Shown: one piece after another, positions 55,542 to 64,000 of the stretch | How positions within the stretch are numbered: the stretch's first letter is position 1 | Layout: every line of letters starts with the position of its first letter | Source of the DNA: Octopus bimaculoides | Taxonomy: Eukaryota | Length of the DNA stretch: 64,000 nt | Assembly (NCBI RefSeq): GCF_001194135.2 | Contig: NC_068981.1 | Span: 80,319,139-80,383,138 of the forward strand | Direction: 5' to 3' | Translations under genes and position numbers: made by a program | The notes under the pieces: model-generated | Databases searched by the model: none | Told to the model about the DNA's origin: nothing | The model's input: only the letters and a program-made list of their open reading frames with translations

Positions 55542-58500
55542 AAATTGAGGATATAATCGTTAAAATGATTATATCAGTGACTAACGTATAAAAAAAACCC
55601 ACCATATTGGTAAAAATGAATTTTTAAGTATATAATTATAAAAATGTAATTATAATTAAGGGCGCTGGATAGCCAACACCAATATGCTAGAAGTAGATGT
55701 CAAATATCTACAAGACACTCTAAATTTGTTCTCATCTTATAACAAGGCTGAATGTGAGAGAAAAGACAGGAAGATTTACAAAATTTCGGATAATGCTATT
55801 TCTTAAGATTTCATGATCTGTAACAACAGTTACTTTACACTCTTCGGTAGAAGTACATCAACAATATATAAGCGAGAAATACATATACATACTGATAAAT
55901 TTCTGCATACATATACCAATATATACATGATTTCATATGTATACATTATATCTAATCACCAATCTCAGCCATGTGGTTAATGCCAGAAATAGTGCCGAAG
56001 TTAATATAGTCCCAAAGCAAAATATAATAACTAGAGAACTCAATTAATTGGTATGTATATGTATTTCTTGCTTATATATTGTTGGTGTACTTCTACTGAA
56101 GACTGTAAAGTAATTGTTATTACAGAACATGAAATCTTAATATATATAGAGTTATCCAAAATTTTGTAAATCTTCTTGTCCATTTCCTCACATTCAGCCT
56201 CGTGTTATAAAATGAGAACAAATTTAGAGTGGCTTGTAGACATTTGACATCTACTTCTAGCGTATTGACGTTGGCTCTCCAGCACCTTTAATTATAATTA
56301 TATATCATTCAACTCTGGTAGTAGTTGAATAATATTCTTAACTATGCTTACCAACCACATGGTTTCGGGTTCATTCCCACTGCGTGGCACCTTGGGCAAG
56401 TGTCTTCTACTATAGCCTCAGGCCGACCAAAGCCTTGTGAGTGGATTTGGTAGACAAACTGAAAGAAGCCTGTCGTATATGTGTGTGTGTGTGTCCCCAC
56501 CATTGCTTGACAACCGATGTTGGTGTGTTTATGTTCCCGTAGCTTAGTGGTTCGGCAAAAGTGACCGATAGAATAAGTACTAGGCTTACAAAGAATAAGT
56601 CCTGGGGTCGATTTGCTCGACTAAAGGCGGTGCTCCAGCATAGCTGCAGTCAAATGACTGAAACGAGTAAAAGAGAGTAAAAGAGTAGCTTATTTGTCAC
56701 AGACGGCGTCTTCCAAGCAATCTCACTAATTCAGTTTTAATCAAAATCAAGTTTAGTTTTTTTAAAATTATGTTTGACTAGTGATAAGTTACATTTAGAC
56801 ATAAAATACTAAAAATCTGGTTGACTGACGGGTAGTAACGCCTTAATTTGACACTTTGAATCCACACCATTCTTTTAATTTTGATTAAGAATTATTATAT
56901 TGATATTAATATGAAAGAGAGAAATGTTAAAGGAATATATTGGTAAAGGTTTCGTAAAATTTTATCCATTAGAAAAAATAATATTTAATTTTAATTCTCA
57001 AATTTTTATCAATTTTTGTGTGATATTAAAGGGACACTACTCAGGCGTGACTACAGAATCCCCCCCCCTCCTACCACCAAATTTGGATGATTGTAACTTT
57101 CAGAAAATTGGATACTTTTTAATGAAATTTTCTACGGATATGTGTTATATCATGTAGATTCCGAATATACAAAATTGAGGGGAGGGGAGAAGGTGTTTTA
57201 GGAGGGGTGGGGAGGGGAAATTTGGAAAATTCACCAGAGTCCACTTCAATTCGTCTTAACTTTCAAGAAAATGGATATTTTTTAATGAAATCCTCTACAA
57301 ATATACCTCGCACTATGTAGATTCAGAGAACATAGGAATTTTTGGAGAAAACAATTGGGGGTTATTTTGAGAACTGTTCTCCACTCGTGGGTGTTTCGGA
57401 ACAAGTCGTCCATATTTGTTTCTTTTTCTCCGTTTTGTGCACTTGAGCATCTGCAGATTTCTTCTGAAGCAACAAACAGGCAATGAAGTCCTCACCAGAA
57501 AACTCGTTATGCTAAAAATAACAGCTAAAGGTCTGGTACACAGAAATATGTTATTAAGACGCTTATCTGTTGCATACGATTTTTTTTTTCGCTTCAAGTA
57601 ACTTCCCAAGTAAACGTTTCTAATAGTAAGGCAGAAGACACCAGAAGTGAAAATAAGGAATATACACGCACAGTTAAATATACAAGTGTAAAGTATAATT
57701 TGTTACATAATCTCTATAATAAACATGATATTGAATGGAATATTTCCCCGTTTGAACTTTTTCAATTACGCGCGCACGAGCGTGTGCGTGTGTGTGCTCG
57801 TGTGTGTGTGTGTGTAAGTGCTCGTGTGTGTGTGTGTGTATGTGTGTGTGTGTGTATGTGTGTATGTGTTAGAAATCTACAGATGCACAAACGCACAAAA
57901 CGGAGAAAATGAAATATGGGCGACTTGTTCTGAAACACCCCCGAGTAGGGAACAGTTCTTAAAAATAACCCCATATTGTTTTTCCCCCAAAATTCCTGTC
58001 CTCGGAATCTACATAGTCCGAGGTATATTTGTAGAGAATTTCTTTAAAAAATATCCATTTTCTTGAGAGTTAAGACGAATTGAAGTCGATTCCGGTGAAT
58101 TTTCCGAAATTTNNNNNNNNNNNNNNNNNNNNNNNNNNNNNNNNNNNNNNNNNNNNNNNNNNNNNNNNNNNNNNNNNNNNNNNNNNNNNNNNNNNNNNNN
58201 NNNNNNNNNNNNNNNNNNNNNNNNNNNNNNNNNNNNNNNNNNNNNNNNNNNNNNNNNNNNNNNNNNNNNNNNNNNNNNNNNNNNNNNNNNNNNNNNNNNN
58301 NNNNNNNNNNNNNNNNNNNNNNNNNNNNNNNNNNNNNNNNNNNNNNNNNNNNNNNNNNNNNNNNNNNNNNNNNNNNNNNNNNNNNNNNNNNNNNNNNNNN
58401 NNNNNNNNNNNNNNNNNNNNNNNNNNNNNNNNNNNNNNNNNNNNNNNNNNNNNNNNNNNNNNNNNNNNNNNNNNNNNNNNNNNNNNNNNNNNNNNNNNNN

Positions 58501-58697
58501 NNNNNNNNNNNNNNNNNNNNNNNNNNNNNNNNNNNNNNNNNNNNNNNNNNNNNNNNNNNNNNNNNNNNNNNNNNNNNNNNNNNNNNNNNNNNNNNNNNNN
58601 NNNNNNNNNNNNNNNNNNNNNNNNNNNNNNNNNNNNNNNNNNNNNNNNNNNNNNNNNNNNTATATATATATATATATATTAGTGTATATATATATAC

Positions 58698-58755
<58 letters not shown>

Positions 58756-60713
58756 ATATGTATATATGTATGTATATATGTATGTGTATAGATTAAAAAA
58801 AAAAATTTTTTTATGTATATATAATTCTATGTATATATAATATATTTTAATATGAGGTTTTTTAACATATTTTTATATTTATATATATGCGTGTGTGTGG
58901 ATGTATGTGTGTGTGTGTGTATATGTATGTATGTATGTGTGTGTGTGTATGTGTTTATGACTTGTGATCTTTGCTTCTTTGTGTATCCATATATATACAT
59001 GTGAGAGTGTACGTGTGTGCGTGCATGAACGTGTGTGCGTGCATGAACGTGTGTGCGTGTGTGTACGGGCGCACACGCGGATGCCTGTATGTAGGTAATA
59101 GCGTTCTTTTTGCTAAAATTTTAAAAATTTTGTTCGTTTTTTGTAATTGTGAAATTTTTTCGCCATGAACGGTTTGTTTTTAAACGGAATGTATTTTTTC
59201 TGATGTTATATCTGTTCCTGAATGATGTGTAAAGAAATTTTGATTTAAGCATCTTAATGAATTGTTTATACTGAAATATATATTGAAGAAGANNNNNNNN
59301 NNNNNNNNNNNNNNNNNNNNNNNNNNNNNNNNNNNNNNNNNNNNNNNNNNNNNNNNNNNNNNNNNNNNNNNNNNNNNNNNNNNNNNNNNNNNNNNNNNNN
59401 NNNNNNNNNNNNNNNNNNNNNNNNNNNNNNNNNNNNNNNNNNNNNNNNNNNNNNNNNNNNNNNNNNNNNNNNNNNNNNNNNNNNNNNNNNNNNNNNNNNN
59501 NNNNNNNNNNNNNNNNNNNNNNNNNNNNNNNNNNNNNNNNNNNNNNNNNNNNNNNNNNNNNNNNNNNNNNNNNNNNNNNNNNNNNNNNNNNNNNNNNNNN
59601 NNNNNNNNNNNNNNNNNNNNNNNNNNNNNNNNNNNNNNNNNNNNNNNNNNNNNNNNNNNNNNNNNNNNNNNNNNNNNNNNNNNNNNNNNNNNNNNNNNNN
59701 NNNNNNNNNNNNNNNNNNNNNNNNNNNNNNNNNNNNNNNNNNNNNNNNNNNNNNNNNNNNNNNNNNNNNNNNNNNNNNNNNNNNNNNNNNNNNNNNNNNN
59801 NNNNNNNNNNNNNNNNNNNNNNNNNNNNNNNNNNNNNNNNNNNNNNNNNNNNNNNNNNNNNNNNNNNNNNNNNNNNNNNNNNNNNNNNNNNNNNNNNNNN
59901 NNNNNNNNNNNNNNNNNNNNNNNNNNNNNNNNNNNNNNNNNNNNNNNNNNNNNNNNNNNNNNNNNNNNNNNNNNNNNNNNNNNNNNNNNNNNNNNNNNNN
60001 NNNNNNNNNNNNNNNNNNNNTCATCATCATCATCATCATCATCATCGTTAACGTCCGCTTTCCATGCTGGCATGGTTGGATGATTTGACTGAGGACTGGC
60101 AAACCAGATGGCTGCACCAGGCTCCAATCTAATCTGGCAGAGTTTCTACAGCTGGATGCCCTTACTAACACCAATCACTCCGAGAGTGTAGTGGGTGCTT
60201 TTACGTTCCCCCGGCACGAGGGCCAGTCAGGTGGTACTGGCAACGGCCACGCTCAAATATTTTTATGTACCACCTGTACAGGAACCAGTCCAGCAGCACT
60301 GGCAACGACCTTGCTCGAATATTTTTTCATGTGCCACCAGCACAAGTGCCAGTAAGGCGATGCTGGTAAAGATCGCGCTTGAATGGTGCTTTTTATGTGC
60401 CAGCGGCACTGAAGCCAGTCAGCTGTTCTGGTAACGATCATGCTCAGATGGTGCTCTTAGCGCTTCACTAGCACGGATGCCAGTCATCGAATTTGATTTC
60501 GATTTCGATGTAGCATGGCTGTTCGTACACATGCGTCATACAGTCTACCTTTTACTCTGAGCAAGAGGTAAGAGCTCTCTGAACTTTGCCAAGGCTATTC
60601 TTATTCTAGCAGCTACACTTTCAGTGCACCCAATGTTACAAAGTGATTCAAGGTGCAAGAGTTTCGTGCATGTGTATGTGTGTGTGTGTGCATACATGTG
60701 TGCACCCATGCAT

Positions 60714-60759
<46 letters not shown>

Positions 60760-61486
60760 TAATGTTTGTTTTTATGTTCAGTTAATTTTATATGAATCAG
60801 ATGGGTTACTCTCCTACTTTTGTAGACTACAAATTTATCATTCATTAGCAAGAATATTATTGAGTGACTTTGAGGTTTCTGCTAACTAATCCATCATCAG
60901 ACTAGCAGTCCAATGAAGGGCTAACTGGCCAAATCTTCAAAGTCACTGTCAATAACATTCTTGTTTAAGAATTATATGTGTGTGTGTGTGTGTCGGTGTT
61001 AAAACGGGGGTAGCTGATGAAGGAGAATGTTCTCTATGTGGCTTGTGTGTTTTCTTGTCTACGTTTTGTTTGCAATGTCCTGTACCCAGATATGCACCTA
61101 TACATACAGGTGGATGTCGGTATGCACATACCTGTACGTATATATGCATATACTCATTTACTATTTATATATATATATATNNNNNNNNNNNNNNNNNNNN
61201 NNNNNNNNNNNNNNNNNNNNNNNNNNNNNNNNNNNNNNNNNNNNNNNNNNNNNNNNNNNNNNNNNNNNNNNNNNNNNNNNNNNNNNNNNNNNNNNNNNNN
61301 NNNNNNNNNNNNNNNNNNNNNNNNNNNNNNNNNNNNNNNNNNNNNNNNNNNNNNNNNNNNNNNNNNNNNNNNNNNNNNNNNNNNNNNNNNNNNNNNNNNN
61401 NNNNNNNNNNNNNNNNNNNNNNNNNNNNNNNNNNNNNNNNNNNNNNNNNNNNNNNNNNNNNNNNNNNNNNNNNNNNNNNNNNNNNN

Positions 61487-61521
<35 letters not shown>

Positions 61522-61575
61522 TGTAATGCACTAAATTAAGTAATGCCTACCTTGAAGAACTTGTCTTAGACTCAT
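39990..61575 (-). CDS. SPAG6: Sperm-associated antigen 6 (PF16 orthologue; armadillo-repeat axonemal central-pair protein), complete 9-exon CDS, 509 aa
   Basis: Nine GT-AG exons (25+263+184+206+174+153+192+263+70 = 1530 nt) splice in frame from [22 protein letters not shown] to [22 protein letters not shown]. The sequence is recognisably SPAG6 throughout ([59 protein letters not shown]). Confidence 0.97.
41739..42001 (-). CDS. SPAG6: SPAG6 exon 8
   Basis: gttgtgcag|TGC AAG AAG GCT ... GTT ATC AA|gtatgt; [20 protein letters not shown]...CYPEEVI. Confidence 0.95.
42295..42530 (+). mobile_element. Third SINE family (copies about 12390-12740, 13170-13360, 20800-21060, 28215-28330, 32890-33070)
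   Basis: Shared gagctggcagaa...ctgagttcaaattcc...ctttcatcctt..ggg.tcgataaaataagtaccag. Confidence 0.8.
43113..43481. repeat. Inverted repeat (arms 43113-43255 and 43307-43481) with hammerhead-like motif in each arm
   Basis: Reverse-complement match visible from ggatggtcatattttt to atgaccatcc. Confidence 0.8.
43308..43350 (+). ncRNA. Hammerhead-like motif, possibly weakened
   Basis: CTGAAGA-G-GTCACA/TGTGAC-GAAA-GATT-TC, stem I GTC/GAC with an A.A mismatch at the first pair. Confidence 0.5.
43673..43864 (-). CDS. SPAG6: SPAG6 exon 7
   Basis: ggcttatag|GGT GCT ACA CAG ... CAG ATC AAG|gtaaag; [35 protein letters not shown]...SEDLQIK. Confidence 0.95.
44870..45200 (-). mobile_element. Penelope-like RT fragment
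   Basis: [19 protein letters not shown]...[20 protein letters not shown] matches the PLE RT thumb pattern IKFT..FLDV..YxKPT..YL..S.HP. Confidence 0.7.
45659..45811 (-). CDS. SPAG6: SPAG6 exon 6
   Basis: ttttatgcag|TTA TCC CAG ... GTC TCT AAG|gtacag; [15 protein letters not shown]...LAMAVIVSK. Confidence 0.95.
46127..46216 (+). ncRNA. Type I hammerhead ribozyme (minimal, Penelope-like-element type)
   Basis: Stem I CAGCTAA-CT/AG-a-TTAGCTG; core CTGATGA (46136-42); stem II GCGTAAGG/CCTTGTGC; GAAA (46197-200); palindromic stem III ACCGGT; cleavage triplet GTA (after 46206). Confidence 0.8.
46672..46845 (-). CDS. SPAG6: SPAG6 exon 5
   Basis: ctatttcag|AGA CAA GTG ... ACT CCA GAG|gtacac; [28 protein letters not shown]...KHTPE. 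Confidence 0.95.
48041..48246 (-). CDS. SPAG6: SPAG6 exon 4
   Basis: gttgatcag|AA CTT TCT CAA ... AGA CTA AAA|gtaagt; [23 protein letters not shown]...NPNSRLK. Confidence 0.95.
48318..48677 (-). mobile_element. Full-length tRNA-derived SINE with 11-bp target-site duplication
   Basis: TSD TATTCTAAAGG (48307-17, 48678-88); A box TGGCCCAGTGG, B box GGTTTCGATCC; (AAC)n-type tail. A 3' fragment of the family lies at about 36520-36665. Confidence 0.9.
48990..50900 (+). mobile_element. Fragmented CR1/jockey-like LINE relic
   Basis: RT remnant ([15 protein letters not shown]) near 49040, MECCSHIW at 50185, [14 protein letters not shown] near 50725. Confidence 0.55.
50403..50735. repeat. 104-bp near-perfect inverted duplication within a LINE relic
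   Basis: 50403-50506 is the reverse complement of 50632-50735. Confidence 0.85.
51432..51615 (-). CDS. SPAG6: SPAG6 exon 3 (not in the ORF track)
   Basis: ttttttgacag|AGA TTC TAT AAA AAG ... CAC AAT GCA G|gtaaat; [61 protein letters not shown]. Confidence 0.95.
51710..52016 (+). repeat. Dispersed repeat, second copy at about 56300-56890 (interrupted by a SINE)
   Basis: Shared tatcattcaact...gttgaataatattcttaac...gacactttgaatccacaccattcttttaatttt. Confidence 0.75.
52330..52592 (-). CDS. SPAG6: SPAG6 exon 2
   Basis: ctattccag|TT TTT GAA CAG TAT ... GAA CAA AAT|gtaagg; [14 protein letters not shown]...SLAEQN. Confidence 0.95.
53604..54167 (+). mobile_element. Terminally redundant 518-bp unit carrying one hammerhead (Penelope pLTR / retrozyme-like)
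   Basis: Identical 46-bp direct repeat at 53604-53649 and 54122-54167 flanking the hammerhead. Confidence 0.55.
53847..53911 (+). ncRNA. Type I hammerhead ribozyme (minimal, Penelope-like-element type)
   Basis: Stem I CTACG/CGTAG; core CTGATGA (53852-58); stem II CCTGT/ACAGG closed by T.T; GAAA (53895-98); palindromic stem III ACCATGGT; GTA cleavage triplet (after 53906). Confidence 0.72.
55647..56300. repeat. Inverted repeat (arms about 250 bp) with degenerate hammerhead in each arm; Penelope-like tail
   Basis: 55647-55892 vs 56051-56300 reverse complement; CTGAAGA...GAAATCTTAA at 56096-56140. Confidence 0.85.
56342..56685 (+). mobile_element. Abundant tRNA-derived SINE (other copies about 15779-16140, 17590-17990, 20210-20550, 25072-25236, 30420-30810, 32031-32200, 47180-47580, 2680-2860)
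   Basis: Shared ...cttaccaaccacatggttccgggttcagtcccactgcgtggcaccttgggcaagtgtcttctactatagcc... head and ...aaatgactgaaacaagtaaaagag tail. Confidence 0.88.
57218..58112. repeat. Foldback/MITE-like inverted repeat (arms at least 240 bp, right arm cut by gap) with internal subrepeat
   Basis: 57218-57462 vs 57871-58112 reverse complement; segment about 57086-57160 repeats about 57259-57320. Confidence 0.8.
60863..60903 (-). ncRNA. Hammerhead-like motif with weak stem II
   Basis: Minus strand AGT-CTGATGA-TGGATTAGTTAGCA-GAAAC-CTCAAA-GTC-ACT. Core and GTC triplet are intact; stem II is only about 2 bp. Confidence 0.4.
61551..61575 (-). CDS. SPAG6: SPAG6 exon 1 (MSLRQVLQ + G)
   Basis: Minus strand ATG AGT CTA AGA CAA GTT CTT CAA G|gtaggc. 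The phase-1 donor matches the phase of the exon 2 acceptor. Confidence 0.9.
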
Positions 61576-61633
61576 TTCGCAGAATAAATCTCGGCATATC
61601 AAAAAAACGGGACAAGATAATATTGAATTTGTT

Positions 61634-61650
61634 TGTTTATTTTTGTTTAT
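61634..61650 (-). promoter_or_regulatory. Two tandem forkhead-type motifs (ATAAACA) adjacent to the X-box
   Basis: TGTTTAT at 61634-61640 and 61644-61650, 10-bp period, 2 bp from the X-box. The motif is common by chance in AT-rich DNA. Confidence 0.35.
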
Positions 61651-61652
61651 CT

Positions 61653-61672
61653 GTTGCTAAGGTAACGTTACC
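61653..61672. promoter_or_regulatory. RFX X-box motif (GTTGCTAAGGTAAC) overlapping palindrome GGTAACGTTACC
   Basis: Matches the X-box consensus GTNRCY-N2-RGYAAC, 78 bp upstream of the SPAG6 ATG. Ciliary genes are established RFX targets. Confidence 0.65.
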
Positions 61673-61834
61673 GCGTATACATATGTATACCAAGTAATAA
61701 AAAGCAATTAATTAAAATAATAAAATATAAATATATTTAATAGAATCTGTATAAAAAAAAATTCTTGTATTAATATACACCTAAAATATAGATGTTTGTT
61801 AAGTAATTATATTTGCTCCGCTGTTATAATACCG

Positions 61835-61845
61835 TTTCCGCCAAA
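61835..61845. promoter_or_regulatory. E2F-like motif (TTTGGCGGAAA on minus strand)
   Basis: TTTCCGCCAAA 9 bp upstream of the gene C ATG. Confidence 0.3.
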
Positions 61846-61853
61846 ATATCAAC

Positions 61854-61913
61854 ATGTCTCTCTTGGCGCAGCATGCTTGCAGTTTGCAGCTTTCGAAAAC
61901 ATGCCTTAGACAG
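61854..61913 (+). CDS. Gene C: first coding exon of an unidentified gene divergent from SPAG6
   Basis: AACATG Kozak-like start, 20 open codons MSLLAQHACSLQLSKTCLRQ, strong donor CAG|GTAATT, in a CpG-enriched region. No second exon found in the window. Confidence 0.6.
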
Positions 61914-62580
61914 GTAATTTCGATTTATTTTATCAAACAAACTATATGCACATACACACTATATATATATATGGCGATTTTTCGATACTAATCCTTTTTT
62001 TTTGTCATCTTTTTATTTACCTCAATTCGGCAGTTTCCGTAAAAAGTGTTGGGTTTTCGTTATAGGCGTTGTAGACTGATCTTTGCTGTTAGTTTTAGGT
62101 ACTTTTCGGTGCAATAAATCCAATTGAACTTGGTTTTATTATAAACACTACTGAAAAATAAATAAATAAATAAACAGTAGCAACAAAGTTGCTCCTGTTT
62201 TTCGTTATTTCTTATTTGTATTTTAATGTTGTTTGCGTTAGGTATTCAGGTTCGTTTCCTTTATGAAGGTCATAGAAACCTAGATAGCTTTCAATTCCCT
62301 TTGGTGGTACTTCATCCTAAACAATTTCCTATTCACCTTGTCATATATTTTTCTTTTTCATTTTGCACCATATAAAATGTACGAACTTAACGTAGTTAGA
62401 TTTCCACATCTAACATTGTCACATTCCATATTTTATGAAGGTGATCAGCAAGAGATTCAGCCTCGTTACTATTATTCTGATATGTGTATCCACCTTATAA
62501 CATCATAAATCGTTTTGTTCTGGAGAAATATTTATTTTATTCATTTTGATTTCGCCAAATGGAAAACCAACAGAGAAATA

Positions 62581-62768
62581 CAGTAGTCCCCGGTTTTCGC
62601 GGAGGTTATGTTCCTAGACCACCTGCGAATATTGGGCGTGGTCCATAAAAATGCCTATAAATATCAAAATATGNNNNNNNNNNNNNNNNNNNNNNNNNNN
62701 NNNNNNNNNNNNNNNNNNNNNNNNNNNNNNNNNNNNNNNNNNNNNNNNNNNNNNNNNNNNNNNNNNNN

Positions 62769-62809
<41 letters not shown>

Positions 62810-64000
62810 AATATTTAATAATAATTTGATGAAAATAATGAAGGTAATGACTGCACAGCAAAGAAAATTTAAAGCTCTACGGGTGTTTTAGTGGATGTCG
62901 TATCTTCGTGCAAGGCTCTCTTGGTGTGCTTGAGGAACATTGTGATGGGAAGTTGCTGTCGTTGTTTCTTCATGATGGTGAGGAGAATTTTATATGTCTG
63001 CATGGCAGCATCGATGGCATTTTTCAATTGGAGAGGCTAAACCGTATAGGGATCCTATGCTTCTGCCTTCTCTTTCAATTCCTTTCCTGTCCTTAAAAGA
63101 TCGGACAGCCGTTTGATTGCCAGGCCCACCACATTCTCCTCTTCCTCTGGATCTGGCACTTCCCCCTCCTCTTCGCTGGCAAGCTTTGTTAACTCCAACA
63201 AATCTTCGTCTGTCAGGGTTTGCCTGATGTCATCAAAACTTTCGCCACCAAGTAAGTACCTTTATCAGTTTCACCACATTGTTGACAGCCTTGTGCTGAA
63301 TATCTTCAGGTGAGAATCCTTCGTAGTCCTGGACACACTCTGGCCACATTTTCTTCCAGCATGCAATGAGGGTTTCTTTTTACATGTCTGTAAGAGCAGT
63401 GTGGATGACTGCCAGGCACATTTCAATCATGAAGTAACGCCAGTTCAAATCCATTGTGTCCACAAGGTGTTGGAGAGTTCCAAGTGTAAAGTGCCTTGAA
63501 GGCACGGATCATGTCTTGATCCATAGGCTGAATGAGGGAAGTTGTGTTGGCAGGGAAGAACTCGACTTGGACTCCCTCGTGATTCAAATCCAAAGAGTGA
63601 CCATCAACATTATCCATAACAAGCAACACCTTGAATTCCATACATACATTTTGGAGGTATTCTTTGGCTTGAGGGATGAAGCATTGATGGAACCAATTCA
63701 AAGTTAGACTTTTGATAATCCAGGCCTTGGGGTTGTGCATCCAGTGGTCAGGCAGCAAGTTTTTATTCCTATTTTTGAAGACCCTCCGGTTCACAGACTT
63801 GTAGATAAATCCTGGTTTCATCATGAAGCCAGCAGCATTGCCGCACATAATTAGTGTCACTCAGTTTTTCTTAAATCCTGGGGCTCTGGCTTCATTCTTC
63901 ATGATGTACATTCTGGAAGGCATCTTCTTCCAGAACAAGCCAGTCCACATTGAAAACCTGTTTCTGCTTTTATCCCTTGTCCATGATGATCTGCCTGAAG
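62581..64000 (-). mobile_element. Tigger/pogo (DDE_1, CENP-B-like) transposon relic
   Basis: ORF 63423-63860 (KVLLVMDNVDGH...FFPANTTSLIQPMDQDMIRAFKALY); TIR-like TA|cagtagtccccggttttcgcgg at 62581. Confidence 0.85.

Larger units (their letters stand above)
61576..61853. promoter_or_regulatory. Candidate bidirectional promoter between SPAG6 and gene C
   Basis: 278 bp between the two ATGs; locally higher CpG density than flanks. Confidence 0.6.

Noticed and set aside
7101-62861. Long ORFs containing X runs (for example 25065-26033, 31164-32054, 59180-60127)
   Set aside because: They only read through N gaps; not real coding sequence.

Overview
Eukaryotic, AT-rich draft genomic sequence with many N gaps. 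The repeat families and microsatellite load point to an octopus (cephalopod) genome; this is inference. Three protein-coding genes are visible. (1) A complete 9-exon SPAG6/PF16 gene on the minus strand (39990-61575; exon lengths sum to 1530 nt = 509 aa + stop). (2) The 3' part of an unidentified plus-strand gene ('gene A', exons from about 5.2 kb to 39.9 kb), with microexons and a last exon converging on SPAG6. (3) The first coding exon of an unidentified plus-strand gene ('gene C', 61854-61913), head-to-head with SPAG6 across a 278-bp promoter carrying an RFX X-box, forkhead motifs and an E2F-like motif. Introns hold tRNA-derived SINEs and relics of RTE, CR1/jockey-like and Penelope-like retroelements, mariner, maT, hAT and Tigger/pogo DNA transposons, several foldback inverted repeats, and microsatellites. 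The most notable unannotated signal is a set of type-I hammerhead ribozyme motifs of the Penelope-like-element kind inside SPAG6 introns. Two have complete folds (46127-46216, 53847-53911), one of them in a 518-bp terminally redundant, retrozyme-like unit. Three more are degenerate and sit in inverted repeats. No rRNA, true tRNA, CRISPR or prokaryotic systems were seen. All coordinates were read by hand and may be off by a few bases for repeats.
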